Notes: generated by a model not told the origin, from the letters alone. Positions 10,068 to 20,595 are shown, numbered from the stretch's first letter. The stretch is DNA of 64,000 nt from an uncultured Clostridia bacterium (GCA_934793215.1 CAKVOP010000003.1:3455-67454), one strand, 5' to 3'. Numbers and translations are program-made.

Positions 10068-10071
10068 ATTG

Positions 10072-11157
10072 TTACGCATTTGCAAGTTTATCTGCTCTAT
10101 CTTTAATGATAAGTGCATCAATAAACTGGTCGATGTCACCATTTAACACTCCTTCCAAATTGTAAGAAGTTACATTTACTCTGTGATCCGTCACTCTGCC
10201 CTGTGGATAGTTGTATGTACGAACTCTTTCACTTCTATCCCCAGTTCCCACCTGACTTCTTCTGTTTTCCTTGTACTCACTTTCAATTTGCCCCTGATAG
10301 TAGTCATAAAGTTTTGAGCGAAGAATACTCATTGCTCTTTCTTTATTTTTAGTTTGACTTCTTTCATCTTGGCAAGAAACAACAATTCCAGTTGGAAGGT
10401 GGGTTATCCTTATAGCGGAATCTGTTTTGTTGATGTGTTGTCCGCCTGCACCAGAAGAACGATAAGTATCTATTCTTATATCTTTATCTTCAATTTCGAA
10501 TTCAACTTCTTCAATTTCTGGAAGAACTGCAACTGTTGATGTTGAGGTGTGAATTCTACCTTGGCTTTCGGTTTCTGGGACTCTTTGAACTCTGTGTACT
10601 CCGCTTTCGAATTTTAATCTTGAATATGCCCCTTTACCTTTAACCATAAAAGTGATTTCTTTTATACCGCCAAGTTCTGTTTCGTTTAAATCTATAACTT
10701 CCACTTTCCAGCGTTTGTTTTCAGCATACATTGAATACATACGATAAAGTTCAGTGCAGAAAAGTGCAGATTCTTCTCCTCCTGCTGCTTGTCTTATTTC
10801 AATAATTACATTGCTATCATCATTTTCATCTTTTGGAAGAAGAAGAATTTTTGCTTCTTCCACTTTATCTTCAATCTTTGTTTTGAGTGAACCTATTTCG
10901 TCATAAAACATCGCTTTCATTTCATGGTCTGTTTCTTTGTCGTGTTCTGCCTGACAAATTTCCATTTCATCACAAAGCGATTTGAGTTCATCATAACAAG
11001 TAGCTATATCTTCAAGAGACGCTCTCTCTTTAACAAGTTTTTTCCATTCTCTATTGTCTGCTATTACTTCTGGTTTCATAACAAGCTCGGTTAATTCATC
11101 AAATCTTGCTTTCGCCTTTCCAGTTTTTTCTAGCATTTCATTAGCGTATTCTACCAT
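10072..11157 (-). CDS. prfA: peptide chain release factor 1
   Basis: 361 aa with GGQ (SSGAGGQHINKTDSAIR) and the RF1-type PET tripeptide (RVPETESQGRIHTS). Confidence 0.95.
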   Translation of the reverse strand: MVEYANEMLEKTGKAKARFDELTELVMKPEVIADNREWKKLVKERASLEDIATCYDELKSLCDEMEICQAEHDKETDHEMKAMFYDEIGSLKTKIEDKVEEAKILLLPKDENDDSNVIIEIRQAAGGEESALFCTELYRMYSMYAENKRWKVEVIDLNETELGGIKEITFMVKGKGAYSRLKFESGVHRVQRVPETESQGRIHTSTSTVAVLPEIEEVEFEIEDKDIRIDTYRSSGAGGQHINKTDSAIRITHLPTGIVVSCQDERSQTKNKERAMSILRSKLYDYYQGQIESEYKENRRSQVGTGDRSERVRTYNYPQGRVTDHRVNVTSYNLEGVLNGDIDQFIDALIIKDRADKLANA

Positions 11158-12823
11158 AAATTATCCTTTCAATTTTATTATAATCTTTCACAATCTCAAT
11201 CTCTTCATACCCTTCATTCTTCATAAGCGTTTGAACATCTTTAAATTGATTTATCCCAAGTTCAAACATTAAAATTCCACCCTTGTTTAAATGCATTGGT
11301 GCTTCTTTGATGATTGTTTTATAAAAGTCGAGACCATCTTCCCCGCCGTCTAGTGCAAGCCTTGGGTCATATTTTTTAACCTCTTCATCTAACGACAAAA
11401 TGTCTTGACTTTTGATATATGGCGGATTTGACACAATTATATCATATTTCTTTCGTTTTTTCAATTCATTAAATAAATCGGATTGCAAAAATTCTATTTT
11501 TACGCCATTTTTTGTCGCGTTTGCCTCTGCGACCAAAAGTGCTTGATTTGAAATATCAATGCCCGTCACCTGTACGCTGGTAAATTTAGCAAGACAAATT
11601 CCAATCGCACCTGATCCAGTACAAAGGTCAAGTGCTGTCTTATAATTGTTTTCTTTAATTTTCTTAATAGCTAATTCTACCAAAATCTCCGTTTCCATAC
11701 GTGGAGACAGAACCTTTTTATTTACTTCAAGCCTCAAACCATAGAAATCTACAAATCCAAAGATACTAGATAGCGGTTCTCCCTTCGCCCGTCTATCAAC
11801 CGCTCGCATAATATCTCTATACTGTTTATCGCTTACACTTCGTATTAATTTGATTTCTGCTCTATTTTTGCCTAATATGGTCGCAACTATCCACTCCGCA
11901 TCACTAGGTTCGTATTTATCTTTCGAAAGAAGTTTGTTTTGTATTTCAGCAAAAACGCAGGACATGGAAACCCTCCCCTTTTCTTCCTTGACGAAATCTT
12001 GATTTTTGATTTCTAGTTCTGCCACTTTCATAACCTCTTTTTGTGTAAGCCCGGGTTTAGATAAAACTAACAAATTGCTTATGAGGCATAAATCCTTTAC
12101 AAAAGCACTCTTGGTTTTATCGCAAAGTCTTAAAATTTCATAAGTAAGACTTAAAATTAACAAAAAAATTAACAGATTTATGAAAAATCCTATAAAAATA
12201 TTGATTCTTTGCCCAATCAATGATACCACAAAAATTGTAAATAAAAAAGTGTTTAGGGTAAGATTTAAAAAATTTAGAGGACTGACTTGCCTTATATTTT
12301 CTCTACCACCTTTGGTCGATGCCTCACGATTAAATGCAAAAAGCGACGAGAACGAAGGGATAAATTTAATTAAAAACAAAATAATAACCAGTAATGTTAC
12401 CCTGAAAAGGGCTATCATAAAGTTTGATAAAATCACATTTCTTTTATCTACGAATTTTTCTATCATCTCTCTCGGTAAAATGCCAAAACAAGACAAACCA
12501 ATTAAAAATGAAAAGAGAATACATGAAATAACACCAATTATCAGGGAAGATGCATTTATCTTTCTTACTTTTTGACAATGACTGGAACAGACTACAGCCA
12601 TTTCTTGCGATAAGTCAAGACTCATTACAAGAAATATAATATAATACCAAAAATAGCCAATACCTCGAAGAAATGGCTTATTCCAAACTTTTGACTTTGG
12701 ATTTATGTTTCGCCCACCGACTCGCTTGTTACCTTGTTCGTCTACAATAGCAACACATAACTTATCTTTATCATAAATCCCCACTCCATTAACTAGCGGA
12801 ATATAAATTTTGTCCATACCCAA
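11141..12823 (-). CDS. prmC: fusion protein: DUF1385-like membrane domain + release-factor glutamine N5-methyltransferase PrmC
   Basis: Single 560-aa ORF. The C-terminal roughly 270 aa is HemK/PrmC (VLSPRMETE, DLCTGSGAIG, VSNPPYI). The N-terminal roughly 285 aa has KPFLRGIGYF plus several TM segments, as in the DUF1385 proteins that normally precede prmC. The start is TTG 12823 or ATG 12817. Confidence 0.8.
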   Translation of the reverse strand: MGMDKIYIPLVNGVGIYDKDKLCVAIVDEQGNKRVGGRNINPKSKVWNKPFLRGIGYFWYYIIFLVMSLDLSQEMAVVCSSHCQKVRKINASSLIIGVISCILFSFLIGLSCFGILPREMIEKFVDKRNVILSNFMIALFRVTLLVIILFLIKFIPSFSSLFAFNREASTKGGRENIRQVSPLNFLNLTLNTFLFTIFVVSLIGQRINIFIGFFINLLIFLLILSLTYEILRLCDKTKSAFVKDLCLISNLLVLSKPGLTQKEVMKVAELEIKNQDFVKEEKGRVSMSCVFAEIQNKLLSKDKYEPSDAEWIVATILGKNRAEIKLIRSVSDKQYRDIMRAVDRRAKGEPLSSIFGFVDFYGLRLEVNKKVLSPRMETEILVELAIKKIKENNYKTALDLCTGSGAIGICLAKFTSVQVTGIDISNQALLVAEANATKNGVKIEFLQSDLFNELKKRKKYDIIVSNPPYIKSQDILSLDEEVKKYDPRLALDGGEDGLDFYKTIIKEAPMHLNKGGILMFELGINQFKDVQTLMKNEGYEEIEIVKDYNKIERIIYGRIR

Positions 12824-13010
12824 TTTTTGACAAAATATAAATTATTAAATCAATGAATTTGGAAAATTAATTTTTATTCTTACTTAAATTATATAATTCA
12901 ATTTATATAAATAATTCTTATTTCAAAAGTTAATTAAAGCTAGTGATAAAAGGTTATGATACAAAAAATAGGGATAAAAAACTCCCTATTTGCTTTCTCT
13001 CAATTAAGAA

Positions 13011-13394
13011 TCACTCTCCAAGTTCTTGCCCATTATCCTCTTCTACTTTGCAAAGCCAATCGGGATTAAAGTATCTTGATTGAATTGCAAATTCTGTTGC
13101 ACTTGTTTTGGCTCTTCCGTTAGCACTTTGATAATACCCCTTTCCCAAATGGAAGAAAAGATAAATGGAAGGTGCATTGTAGGTACAAATATAATATTTT
13201 TCACCACTTCCTTTGTAACTAGAACGAATTAAATCAACATCTCTCTTATTTTTGAAAAAATGAAGGTATCTCTGCCCCTTTTCATAATAAAAAGTATTGC
13301 ATGATTTTTGATTAGAAAATTCACGCCCAATTTGTTCAGGTGCTGTTTCCATAAGTTCTAGTTCTTTCTTTGATACATATCTATACATTTTCAT
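13011..13394 (-). CDS. hypothetical protein
   Basis: 127-aa ORF with no recognisable motif. Confidence 0.5.
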   Translation of the reverse strand: MKMYRYVSKKELELMETAPEQIGREFSNQKSCNTFYYEKGQRYLHFFKNKRDVDLIRSSYKGSGEKYYICTYNAPSIYLFFHLGKGYYQSANGRAKTSATEFAIQSRYFNPDWLCKVEEDNGQELGE

Positions 13395-13577
13395 GGGGAT
13401 ATTTTATCACAACAATTTTCTCTTGTCAATATATGTCGAAACTTCTCACAACATTTAAAGACTCATGTTTTAATTTTTGTGTTTTTATTTAAGAACCAAC
13501 ACCTGATTTAAGATTTAGACGCACACTTAAAGTTATATATAGTAAGTCGCAAAGCCATTGACTTGCCCCCAAACAAA

Positions 13578-13606
13578 AAAAACGCATATTTTTGCGTCTT
13601 TTTTGA
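13578..13606 (-). terminator. terminator after rpmE
   Basis: Minus strand reads GACGCA-AAAATA-TGCGTT followed by a T8 run. The stem is short. Confidence 0.5.
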
Positions 13607-13617
13607 AACTTCTTGTT

Positions 13618-13824
13618 TTAGTTTAAGCCGTATTTCTTGTTGAACTTTTCAACATTACCGCTTGCATCAACAACCTTTTTCTTTCCAGTGAAGAATGGGT
13701 GACATTTGTTGCAAATATCAATGCTTAAAGTGTCGCCTTTAACATTTGACTTTGTTTTAAAAGTGTTTCCACAAGCACAAACTACGGTAACTTCATGATA
13801 ATCTGGATGAATATCTTTTTGCAT
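13618..13824 (-). CDS. rpmE: 50S ribosomal protein L31
   Basis: Starts [22 protein letters not shown]...CHPFFTG and is 68 aa. Confidence 0.95.
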   Translation of the reverse strand: MQKDIHPDYHEVTVVCACGNTFKTKSNVKGDTLSIDICNKCHPFFTGKKKVVDASGNVEKFNKKYGLN

Positions 13825-13868
13825 AATTTGCCTCCTATTAAATTTTTATTTAAAGTCAAAAGTTTGAC

Positions 13869-14129
13869 TTAGTCTCCAACATATGGAAGAAGAGCAACAT
13901 TTCTTGCTCTTTTGATTGCTGTGCAAAGTTCGCGTTGGTGATAAGCGCAAACGCCTGTTTGGCGTCTTGGAAGAATTTTGCCTTTTTCAGTAATATATTT
14001 TCTGATTTTAGCAACATCTTTGTAATCAATAGTCCTTTCACCTGCTACGCAGAAAGCACAAACTTTTTTCTTTGCAGGTTTGCGAAATTTCTTCACAACC
14101 TTTTCTTCAGTTTTAACTGCTTCAGCCAT
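13869..14129 (-). CDS. rpsR: 30S ribosomal protein S18
   Basis: Contains CAFC...[30 protein letters not shown], consistent with the rpsF-ssb-rpsR operon. Confidence 0.95.
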   Translation of the reverse strand: MAEAVKTEEKVVKKFRKPAKKKVCAFCVAGERTIDYKDVAKIRKYITEKGKILPRRQTGVCAYHQRELCTAIKRARNVALLPYVGD

Positions 14130-14146
14130 GGTTAATCTCCTTTTAA

Positions 14147-14557
14147 TTAAAATGGTAAACTATCGTCATCAATAGGTTCAAGTTCTGCGCTTGCATCGTT
14201 TGATGATTTAGATGCGGTTTGTAAGTCAGTTCCGTCTGCTGGTTTACTGCCAAGGAACTCAACGTCTTCCGCAACGATTTCAGTTGTGTATCTCTTTGTT
14301 CCATCTTGTGCTTCATAAGAAGAGTTTTGAATTCTTCCGCTTACTGCACATTTAGAACCTTTTCTCAAAAACTTATGGCAGTTTTCAGCAAGTCCTCTCC
14401 AAACAACAATGTTGAAGAAATCTGCGGTGTTTCCGCCGTCTTGTGATGAGAATCTTCTTTGTACTGCAAGAGAAAATCTGCAAACCGAAACGCCACTGTT
14501 TGTAGTGGTGATTTCAGGGTCTCTTGCAAGGTTACCAATTAATACAACTTTATTCAT
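14147..14557 (-). CDS. ssb: single-stranded DNA-binding protein
   Basis: Starts [15 protein letters not shown], has an OB-fold pattern, and ends in the acidic tail DDDSLPF. Confidence 0.95.
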   Translation of the reverse strand: MNKVVLIGNLARDPEITTTNSGVSVCRFSLAVQRRFSSQDGGNTADFFNIVVWRGLAENCHKFLRKGSKCAVSGRIQNSSYEAQDGTKRYTTEIVAEDVEFLGSKPADGTDLQTASKSSNDASAELEPIDDDSLPF

Positions 14558-14576
14558 AAATACTCCTTAGGTTAGA

Positions 14577-14858
14577 TTATTTTCTAACGAACATTTGGCG
14601 AACAATACCTTCAGTAATGTTCATAAGTTTTGCCATCGCGTCAACTTCTTCTGGATTCATAGTTAAGTTCATAACAACATAAAATCCTTCGTTTTTAAAG
14701 TTGATTGGATAAGCAAGTTTTTTCATACCCCACTTGTCAATTCCTTCGACAGTGCCTTTGTGCTCTTCAACATAAGAAGAAAATTTCTTAATGAGTGCTT
14801 CACGAGCGTCTTCTGCAACATCGCTAGAAATGATGTAGATAAGTTCATACTTATTCAT
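14577..14858 (-). CDS. rpsF: 30S ribosomal protein S6
   Basis: Reads MNKYELIYII....WGMKKLAYPI and is 93 aa. Confidence 0.93.
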   Translation of the reverse strand: MNKYELIYIISSDVAEDAREALIKKFSSYVEEHKGTVEGIDKWGMKKLAYPINFKNEGFYVVMNLTMNPEEVDAMAKLMNITEGIVRQMFVRK

Positions 14859-14935
14859 GCTATACCTCCTTTTGGACTAAAATGGTTTTCCGTTTCCCGC
14901 GAAAAACAAGGACAGTAATATACTGCTTGATTATA

Positions 14936-14964
14936 ATTATATATTCTTTTACGCCCTTTGTCAA
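14936..14964 (-). promoter_or_regulatory. sigma-A-type promoter of the rpsF-ssb-rpsR operon
   Basis: Minus strand reads TTGACA, a 17-nt spacer, then TATAAT, leaving a 5' UTR of about 70-80 nt before rpsF. Confidence 0.6.
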
Positions 14965-15072
14965 GAATTTTTTGTGTCAAGGATACTTAAACCCACCATT
15001 AAATTTTTATGTTTTATCGTTTAAAAGCCTTGACTTTTCAATAAAAATCAAATTTAACCAATGCTCAAAAAA

Positions 15073-18000
15073 TTAATAGACTCCATTGAAATAACTTTCA
15101 CTTCTCTTTTTAATTAAAGAGCATATGCCAACTATTGCGAGTGCGCCAACCGCCACGCCTATCAAAATGCCAGAAATAAGAGTCGTTTTTGAATTATCTT
15201 GTTTTATAACTGCATTGTCAGTTAAGTTTAGGAATAATCCTCTGTATGATGTGGTTGGCTTTGTATAACTTTTATCGAGCAAAATATTTGAAAAATAGTA
15301 TTTTCCTAGATCAAAATATCCGTTAAATGCATTCTGTTGACCTATTGGAGAGTAAAACTTTCCTTCAAAATTTATATTATTTGTAACCTTGTAATAAGCA
15401 TCGCAATACTTTACCCCTCTTTCGTTTGAAAGGTTGAAATTTACGGCATAAGAAATAAAGCCAAAATCGCTAGCGTTTGTAACAAGATATGGGTTCTCTT
15501 TTGTACCTCCGCCTTCTAATGCACTGCTTCGAGACTCTTCATCAGCCCACAACATTATCTTAAAGCAAATTTTTATGGTAACCTGTCTTTGATTTCGAAA
15601 ATTCTCCATGAAAGTTTTACTCATAATCAATTTATTTTCTTTCATGTAACGAGAAAAATCTGTTTTTACATCATTTACCATAAAACAAAAAAGTTTGTAA
15701 TTATCAAAAGGCGTTAGTTCAAGCGTATAACTCTCACTGAAAGACGCCTCGAACTGTTTTGTTCCAACGATTTTTTCTTCTGCCACACCTTTTCTAAATA
15801 AAACCGCTTTTCCACCAATACTTTGCGAAACAAATTCTCCGTTTTCTAAAACTCCATTGACAAGCGTTATGTTGACGCTTTCTTGTGGAGCACTGAATGT
15901 AGCAGAAAGAGAAAGTCCATTTTCGTCAATAATCAAATCTTTATATGCCACTTTATAGAGATAAGTATATCTTTCAACATTTTCACTACTTACCAAACTA
16001 ACCGTTTTTGAAAATTTTTCAAAGTCCGTTTCAATGCCATAACCAACTTTCTTTTGCAATCTAATCATTATTTCGTCACCCACGCATACGCCAGAAGAGA
16101 GTTTGTTTGAAGACAATATTTTTTTGACATTGTTTACATAAACTCCTATGAGGTTGTGATAAAGAGCAATTTCATTCACATCAATGTTTGTAACCACATT
16201 TTGTCCTTTGAAAACAGCTCTTAAAGTGAGCGGACTTGTTTGCAAGCCAAGAGTAAAGTAGTAATTGCCATTTACAAGTTCTGCGTAGTATTTTCTTCCA
16301 CTTTGAGTATTTTCAAAATATAAAAAGTCATATCCTTCTTCTTTTTGAGCAACAATTCTTATTGATTTTTCGCTTGAAAAACTATTTCCGTTAAGTTCTT
16401 GCCCATCTTGAACCATGTAGGCACTGCCACCTTCTGTTTTTTGGTTATTTTGACAAAAAACAGTAAGCGAATAGGTTGGTCTATAAACGGCCGTGACGGT
16501 ATATGATAGGTCGTTAAAAGAGAAGTTTACCTCTTGACTTGCAAATTCCTTAATCTCGGCATTATAAGCAATTATCCACTTTTCAAAAACATATCCATTA
16601 ACAGAAACAGATGAAAAAGTAAGCGACTTTCCGCTCATGATTTCGGCGTAAAATTTATTGTTTTCGCCTACCGATCCATAAGCATCGTTAAAACTCTTCT
16701 TCGACACAAAATCTGCAATTTGGAATTGGCTAAATTCATTGGTTTTTAGATTTGAAGGTAGAAAATCAAAATTTATAAGAGCTTTTCTATATTGCCAGAA
16801 CGCAAACAATGTAAAGGTGTTTGTTTCCGGATTAAAGTTGGCATTTGCTGTGTATAAATCACCATTAAAAGAATAACCTGACTCACTCCAAATTTTAGAA
16901 GCTCTTCCATCAGCAGTTATATATTTTGTGCCTTGTCCTAGTTGCATAGTGTAGTAACCAGTAAAATCATAACCAGCTTTCTGTTTAAACGCCAAACCTT
17001 TTTGTTGCTCGGTTAAAAGATTTAGGGCTATGCTTTCACCAAAAGTTATACCATTTTCTATTTCCACACTCTCATTTTCATCTACAAAAAGTTTTAAATT
17101 ATAGACCTTTGGCAAAACATATATGTAAATTGTTGCATCTTCATTAATATTGTAGATATTTATAGTGAAGTTACTTGTAAACCCCGTTTTTGAATGGTTG
17201 CTTTGTCTAACTGCCCCAACAATAAAATTTTCATTGTCATTTCGCCCGCTTGCATATACAATCTTTGCCTTTGGTCTACCATTTTCAGTCTGCAATGCGT
17301 AATTGATATTTGTATATCCAGTTACCAAAACCTCCGCACCTGTGAGAGCATTGAGTGCTATCGCGTATGCATTGTTTATTTGAGAATTTACAAGATTAGA
17401 TGAGGTGCTTGCTTCAAATTTGCCAGCTTTGGCAATTGTAGTTGTGTTGTCAAGAACATACTTTATTGAAATAGCATTTGACCTTGCAGTAAAAGTGCAG
17501 AGAACGCTTGAAATAGATTGAATCTTTGAAACAGCGTAAACATTTTTGCCATTGACTTTTTGACTTGTGACTTGTGCATTTTGAGCCGTCAAAGTTGGAA
17601 TATATCCTTTTTTAGATTCAACCAAAAGATAAACAGTGGCATCGGTATGGGTTCTAGTTAAAAAATCATAGCCAATTGCAACGCTTTCATTTTCATAATT
17701 ATCAAGTTTATTTCCTTTTTCATCACAAAGATAAACTTGACCGCCGTCACCAGTTGGAGTGCTTGATGCCCCATAAACTTCGACAACCGCTTTCACCGAT
17801 AAATTAAATTCATCTGGCTCAAAAACAAATTGTACTTTTTGAATTGATTTTGCAATTATAAAACTGATTTTCCCGTTTTCGTAGATAACTCCGTAATCAT
17901 TGACTTCAAAGTTTATGTATTCATCATTTATTTTAAGTCCCTTAAAATGATATCCTTTTTTTGCCATTAAAGAAACAATTATTTGTTCATCAAGTTTAAG

Positions 18001-19203
18001 CAACTTTGAAAGAGATTGGTTTTCTTCTATTGTCAGCAATTTTTCAGTCATATTGTCTTCAACATCAATGTAGTTAAATTCAATTTCTCCATAACCTTCG
18101 TTTAGAAGATTAATCTCGGTAGCCACCTCTTTAATAGTTGCAACCACTGAAAAATCATTGTCATCTTCTTCATGAATCTTGCTTTCAAGAATTTCTTTCA
18201 AAGAAGCGTCGACAATCTTTTGTTCGTTTGCATTCGTACTTAATATTTGGTCATTAATTTTCCAGTATACAAACCCGTAAGATGCGTCTTTTACGCTTAC
18301 ATTTAAATTTAAGACTTCCCCAAAATTTACTGTTTGACTAATCGGTTCACTCAATGAAGCAAACGACTCCATTCCTGAAATTATTGAGAGATTAAATGTG
18401 TATTGCCTTTGATCTGCTTTCAGTGAAATCTGTTTATCTTCATCAATTCTTCCAATCTCAACTATTAAAGTATACACCTTTTCCTCGTCAAGCCATTGAA
18501 TCGATGACGATAAAATAAGAGACTCTTCAATTCCTGTGATTGAAGGGTTTTTATATCCATATTTAAGGGTGAAAGCAAGGGCTTTTGATTCCCCAGTTTT
18601 AATAATAAAATGTACGTCCGTATCAAGTGAAAAATCTTCGCCGTTATCAATCTTTACGCTTTCAAAAACGTCGTTTGTTTTTATTGTTAAGTTATTCTCT
18701 CTTTCAGTGGGAGATACGCTTATTTTGGCATTTCCAGTGAAATCAAACCAGTTCAAAACAATCGTTCGTTCGTCTTTTAATTCTTGAATTTGAACTTGTC
18801 CACTTCCAGTAATAACAGGGGTTGTTTTTTCGTTAAATACATACCCCTTTTTGCTAACAACAGTAGCCACTGCTTGCTTACCTATTTCAACTGACCACTT
18901 TCCACTTTCGCCGACATTAATTTCTTCACCAGTTTCTGTTATTACACTTACACTTTCAATATGTTCTCCTCTCTCTATTTCAAGTGAATATGTTGTTATT
19001 TCGCTTTGCGAATCATCAGCATTAAAATTTAAATCTAAACTTTTAGCATCAAAATCGTAATTTTTATCCACACATTTTACCTCTTGTGTAGGACGCACTG
19101 TTAAAGAGATATCATTTACATTTTGACTCACTAAAAATACTCCACCCATCGTAAAGGCAGAGATTGCAACTAAAACAAGACTAGCAAGTTTTTTCTTAAA
19201 CAT
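15073..19203 (-). CDS. large cell-surface protein with InlB-B/Listeria-Bacteroides-type repeats and a C-terminal TM anchor
   Basis: 1376 aa. N-terminal signal/TM segment (KKLASLVLVAISAFTMGGVFLV). GY.F.G(W/Y) repeat signatures recur (KKGYVFNEK, KKGYHFKGL, AGYDFTGYY, NGYVFEKW, EGYDFLYF). A C-terminal ENPYLVTNASDF..YYKVTNNINF..PIG module is followed by the hydrophobic anchor ISGILIGVAVGALAIVGICSLI-KKR. Confidence 0.8.
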   Translation of the reverse strand: MFKKKLASLVLVAISAFTMGGVFLVSQNVNDISLTVRPTQEVKCVDKNYDFDAKSLDLNFNADDSQSEITTYSLEIERGEHIESVSVITETGEEINVGESGKWSVEIGKQAVATVVSKKGYVFNEKTTPVITGSGQVQIQELKDERTIVLNWFDFTGNAKISVSPTERENNLTIKTNDVFESVKIDNGEDFSLDTDVHFIIKTGESKALAFTLKYGYKNPSITGIEESLILSSSIQWLDEEKVYTLIVEIGRIDEDKQISLKADQRQYTFNLSIISGMESFASLSEPISQTVNFGEVLNLNVSVKDASYGFVYWKINDQILSTNANEQKIVDASLKEILESKIHEEDDNDFSVVATIKEVATEINLLNEGYGEIEFNYIDVEDNMTEKLLTIEENQSLSKLLKLDEQIIVSLMAKKGYHFKGLKINDEYINFEVNDYGVIYENGKISFIIAKSIQKVQFVFEPDEFNLSVKAVVEVYGASSTPTGDGGQVYLCDEKGNKLDNYENESVAIGYDFLTRTHTDATVYLLVESKKGYIPTLTAQNAQVTSQKVNGKNVYAVSKIQSISSVLCTFTARSNAISIKYVLDNTTTIAKAGKFEASTSSNLVNSQINNAYAIALNALTGAEVLVTGYTNINYALQTENGRPKAKIVYASGRNDNENFIVGAVRQSNHSKTGFTSNFTINIYNINEDATIYIYVLPKVYNLKLFVDENESVEIENGITFGESIALNLLTEQQKGLAFKQKAGYDFTGYYTMQLGQGTKYITADGRASKIWSESGYSFNGDLYTANANFNPETNTFTLFAFWQYRKALINFDFLPSNLKTNEFSQFQIADFVSKKSFNDAYGSVGENNKFYAEIMSGKSLTFSSVSVNGYVFEKWIIAYNAEIKEFASQEVNFSFNDLSYTVTAVYRPTYSLTVFCQNNQKTEGGSAYMVQDGQELNGNSFSSEKSIRIVAQKEEGYDFLYFENTQSGRKYYAELVNGNYYFTLGLQTSPLTLRAVFKGQNVVTNIDVNEIALYHNLIGVYVNNVKKILSSNKLSSGVCVGDEIMIRLQKKVGYGIETDFEKFSKTVSLVSSENVERYTYLYKVAYKDLIIDENGLSLSATFSAPQESVNITLVNGVLENGEFVSQSIGGKAVLFRKGVAEEKIVGTKQFEASFSESYTLELTPFDNYKLFCFMVNDVKTDFSRYMKENKLIMSKTFMENFRNQRQVTIKICFKIMLWADEESRSSALEGGGTKENPYLVTNASDFGFISYAVNFNLSNERGVKYCDAYYKVTNNINFEGKFYSPIGQQNAFNGYFDLGKYYFSNILLDKSYTKPTTSYRGLFLNLTDNAVIKQDNSKTTLISGILIGVAVGALAIVGICSLIKKRSESYFNGVY

Positions 19204-19476
19204 TGGTACCTCCTACTATAAGAGATTTGGAATTTTAAGGCAATAATTTCAACATTATTATACAACATTCATTTTTTTTCACCAAACAAATATATATATG
19301 TTATTATACATAACTAACCTCACATTATGCTTTCGCATCATTTAAAATAAGTTTATCCTTTTGAATTTAATCGTTAAGAAACAAGTCTTTTCATTAGGCA
19401 ATTTTGATAAATTTTTACAAGATTGACATTTATCCAAACAATATCATTTAAAACACTCAATAAAATGCTTAAAACA

Positions 19477-19505
19477 TTGACAAAAGTTAAATAAATCATT
19501 AAAAT
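19477..19505 (+). promoter_or_regulatory. sigma-A-type promoter for trpS
   Basis: TTGACA, a 17-nt spacer, then TAAAAT, 22 nt before the trpS ATG. No T-box leader fits in this space. Confidence 0.6.
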
Positions 19506-19527
19506 TAACTCAAAAGAGGATAAAATT

Positions 19528-20595
19528 ATGCAAAATATTATTTTAACCGGCGATAGGCCAACAGGGAATCTTCATATAGGACATTATGTGGGTTCACTCC
19601 AAAACAGAGTTAAACTTCAAAACGAAGGCAATTTTGATAAATTTTATATCATGATTGCCGATACCCAAGCGTTAACTGACAACCATGACAATGTAGATAA
19701 AGTTAAAAACAACATTATTCAAGTTGCTATAGACTATATCTCGGCAGGAATTGATCCCAAAAAAGTCAATATTTTTATCCAATCTCTTGTGCCAGAACTT
19801 CCAGAAATTACAACTTATTTTATGAATCTCGTAACGCTTTCAAGACTTCAAAGAAATCCAACAATCAAAGAAGAACTTAAGCAACGCGGTTTTGAGAATT
19901 CTGTTCCCATTGGTTTTATAAACTATCCTGTTTCACAAGCAGCTGATATTTTAGCGTTTGGAACAACAATTGTGCCAGTAGGTGACGACCAACTTCCAAT
20001 GATTGAACAAACAAGAGAGATAATCTCATCTTTTAACTACACATATAAACCTACGGAAGAAATTTTTGCCGAGCCAAAAGCATTTCTTCCAGAAACTAAA
20101 CTCTGTGCAAGGCTTCCGGGGTTAGATGGAAAAATAAAAATGTCAAAATCAGCAGGTAATGCAATTTATCTTTGCGATGACTCAAAAACTGTAAAACAAA
20201 AAATTATGTCAGCTTACACTGATCCTGATCACATCAAAATCACTGACCCTGGAAAAATTGAAGGGAATGTTGTTTTTGCATATCTTGATGCTTTTTGCAA
20301 AGATGAGCACTTTGAGAAATATCTTCCAGAGTATAAAAATCTTGATGAACTTAAAGAGCATTATCAAAGAGGCGGACTTGGAGATGTAAAAGTTAAAAAC
20401 TTTCTCTACAATATTATTGAAGAACTTTTAACTCCAATGCGTGAAAGAAGAGCATACTGTCACGAACACATAAACGAAATTTACGAAATGCTTTTTGAAA
20501 ACAGTAAGCAAGCATCAGCGGTAGCAAAAGAAACATTGAATAAAATGAAAACGGCAATGGGACTTAATTACCAAAAAATATTTTTAAATAAATAG
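19528..20595 (+). CDS. trpS: tryptophan--tRNA ligase
   Basis: 355 aa with class I motifs TGNLHIGHYVG and KMSKS. Confidence 0.93.
   Translation: MQNIILTGDRPTGNLHIGHYVGSLQNRVKLQNEGNFDKFYIMIADTQALTDNHDNVDKVKNNIIQVAIDYISAGIDPKKVNIFIQSLVPELPEITTYFMNLVTLSRLQRNPTIKEELKQRGFENSVPIGFINYPVSQAADILAFGTTIVPVGDDQLPMIEQTREIISSFNYTYKPTEEIFAEPKAFLPETKLCARLPGLDGKIKMSKSAGNAIYLCDDSKTVKQKIMSAYTDPDHIKITDPGKIEGNVVFAYLDAFCKDEHFEKYLPEYKNLDELKEHYQRGGLGDVKVKNFLYNIIEELLTPMRERRAYCHEHINEIYEMLFENSKQASAVAKETLNKMKTAMGLNYQKIFLNK

Noticed and set aside
14859-14935. Possible S6:S18-binding regulatory leader upstream of rpsF
   Set aside because: A 5' UTR of suitable length with small hairpins exists. I cannot verify the specific rRNA-mimic structure by eye, so I left it as promoter-only annotation.
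19204-19527. Possible T-box leader upstream of trpS
   Set aside because: I read the whole spacer and found no T-box consensus (AATTAGGGTGGTACCGCG-like) or specifier/terminator architecture. A promoter lies only 22 nt from the ATG.
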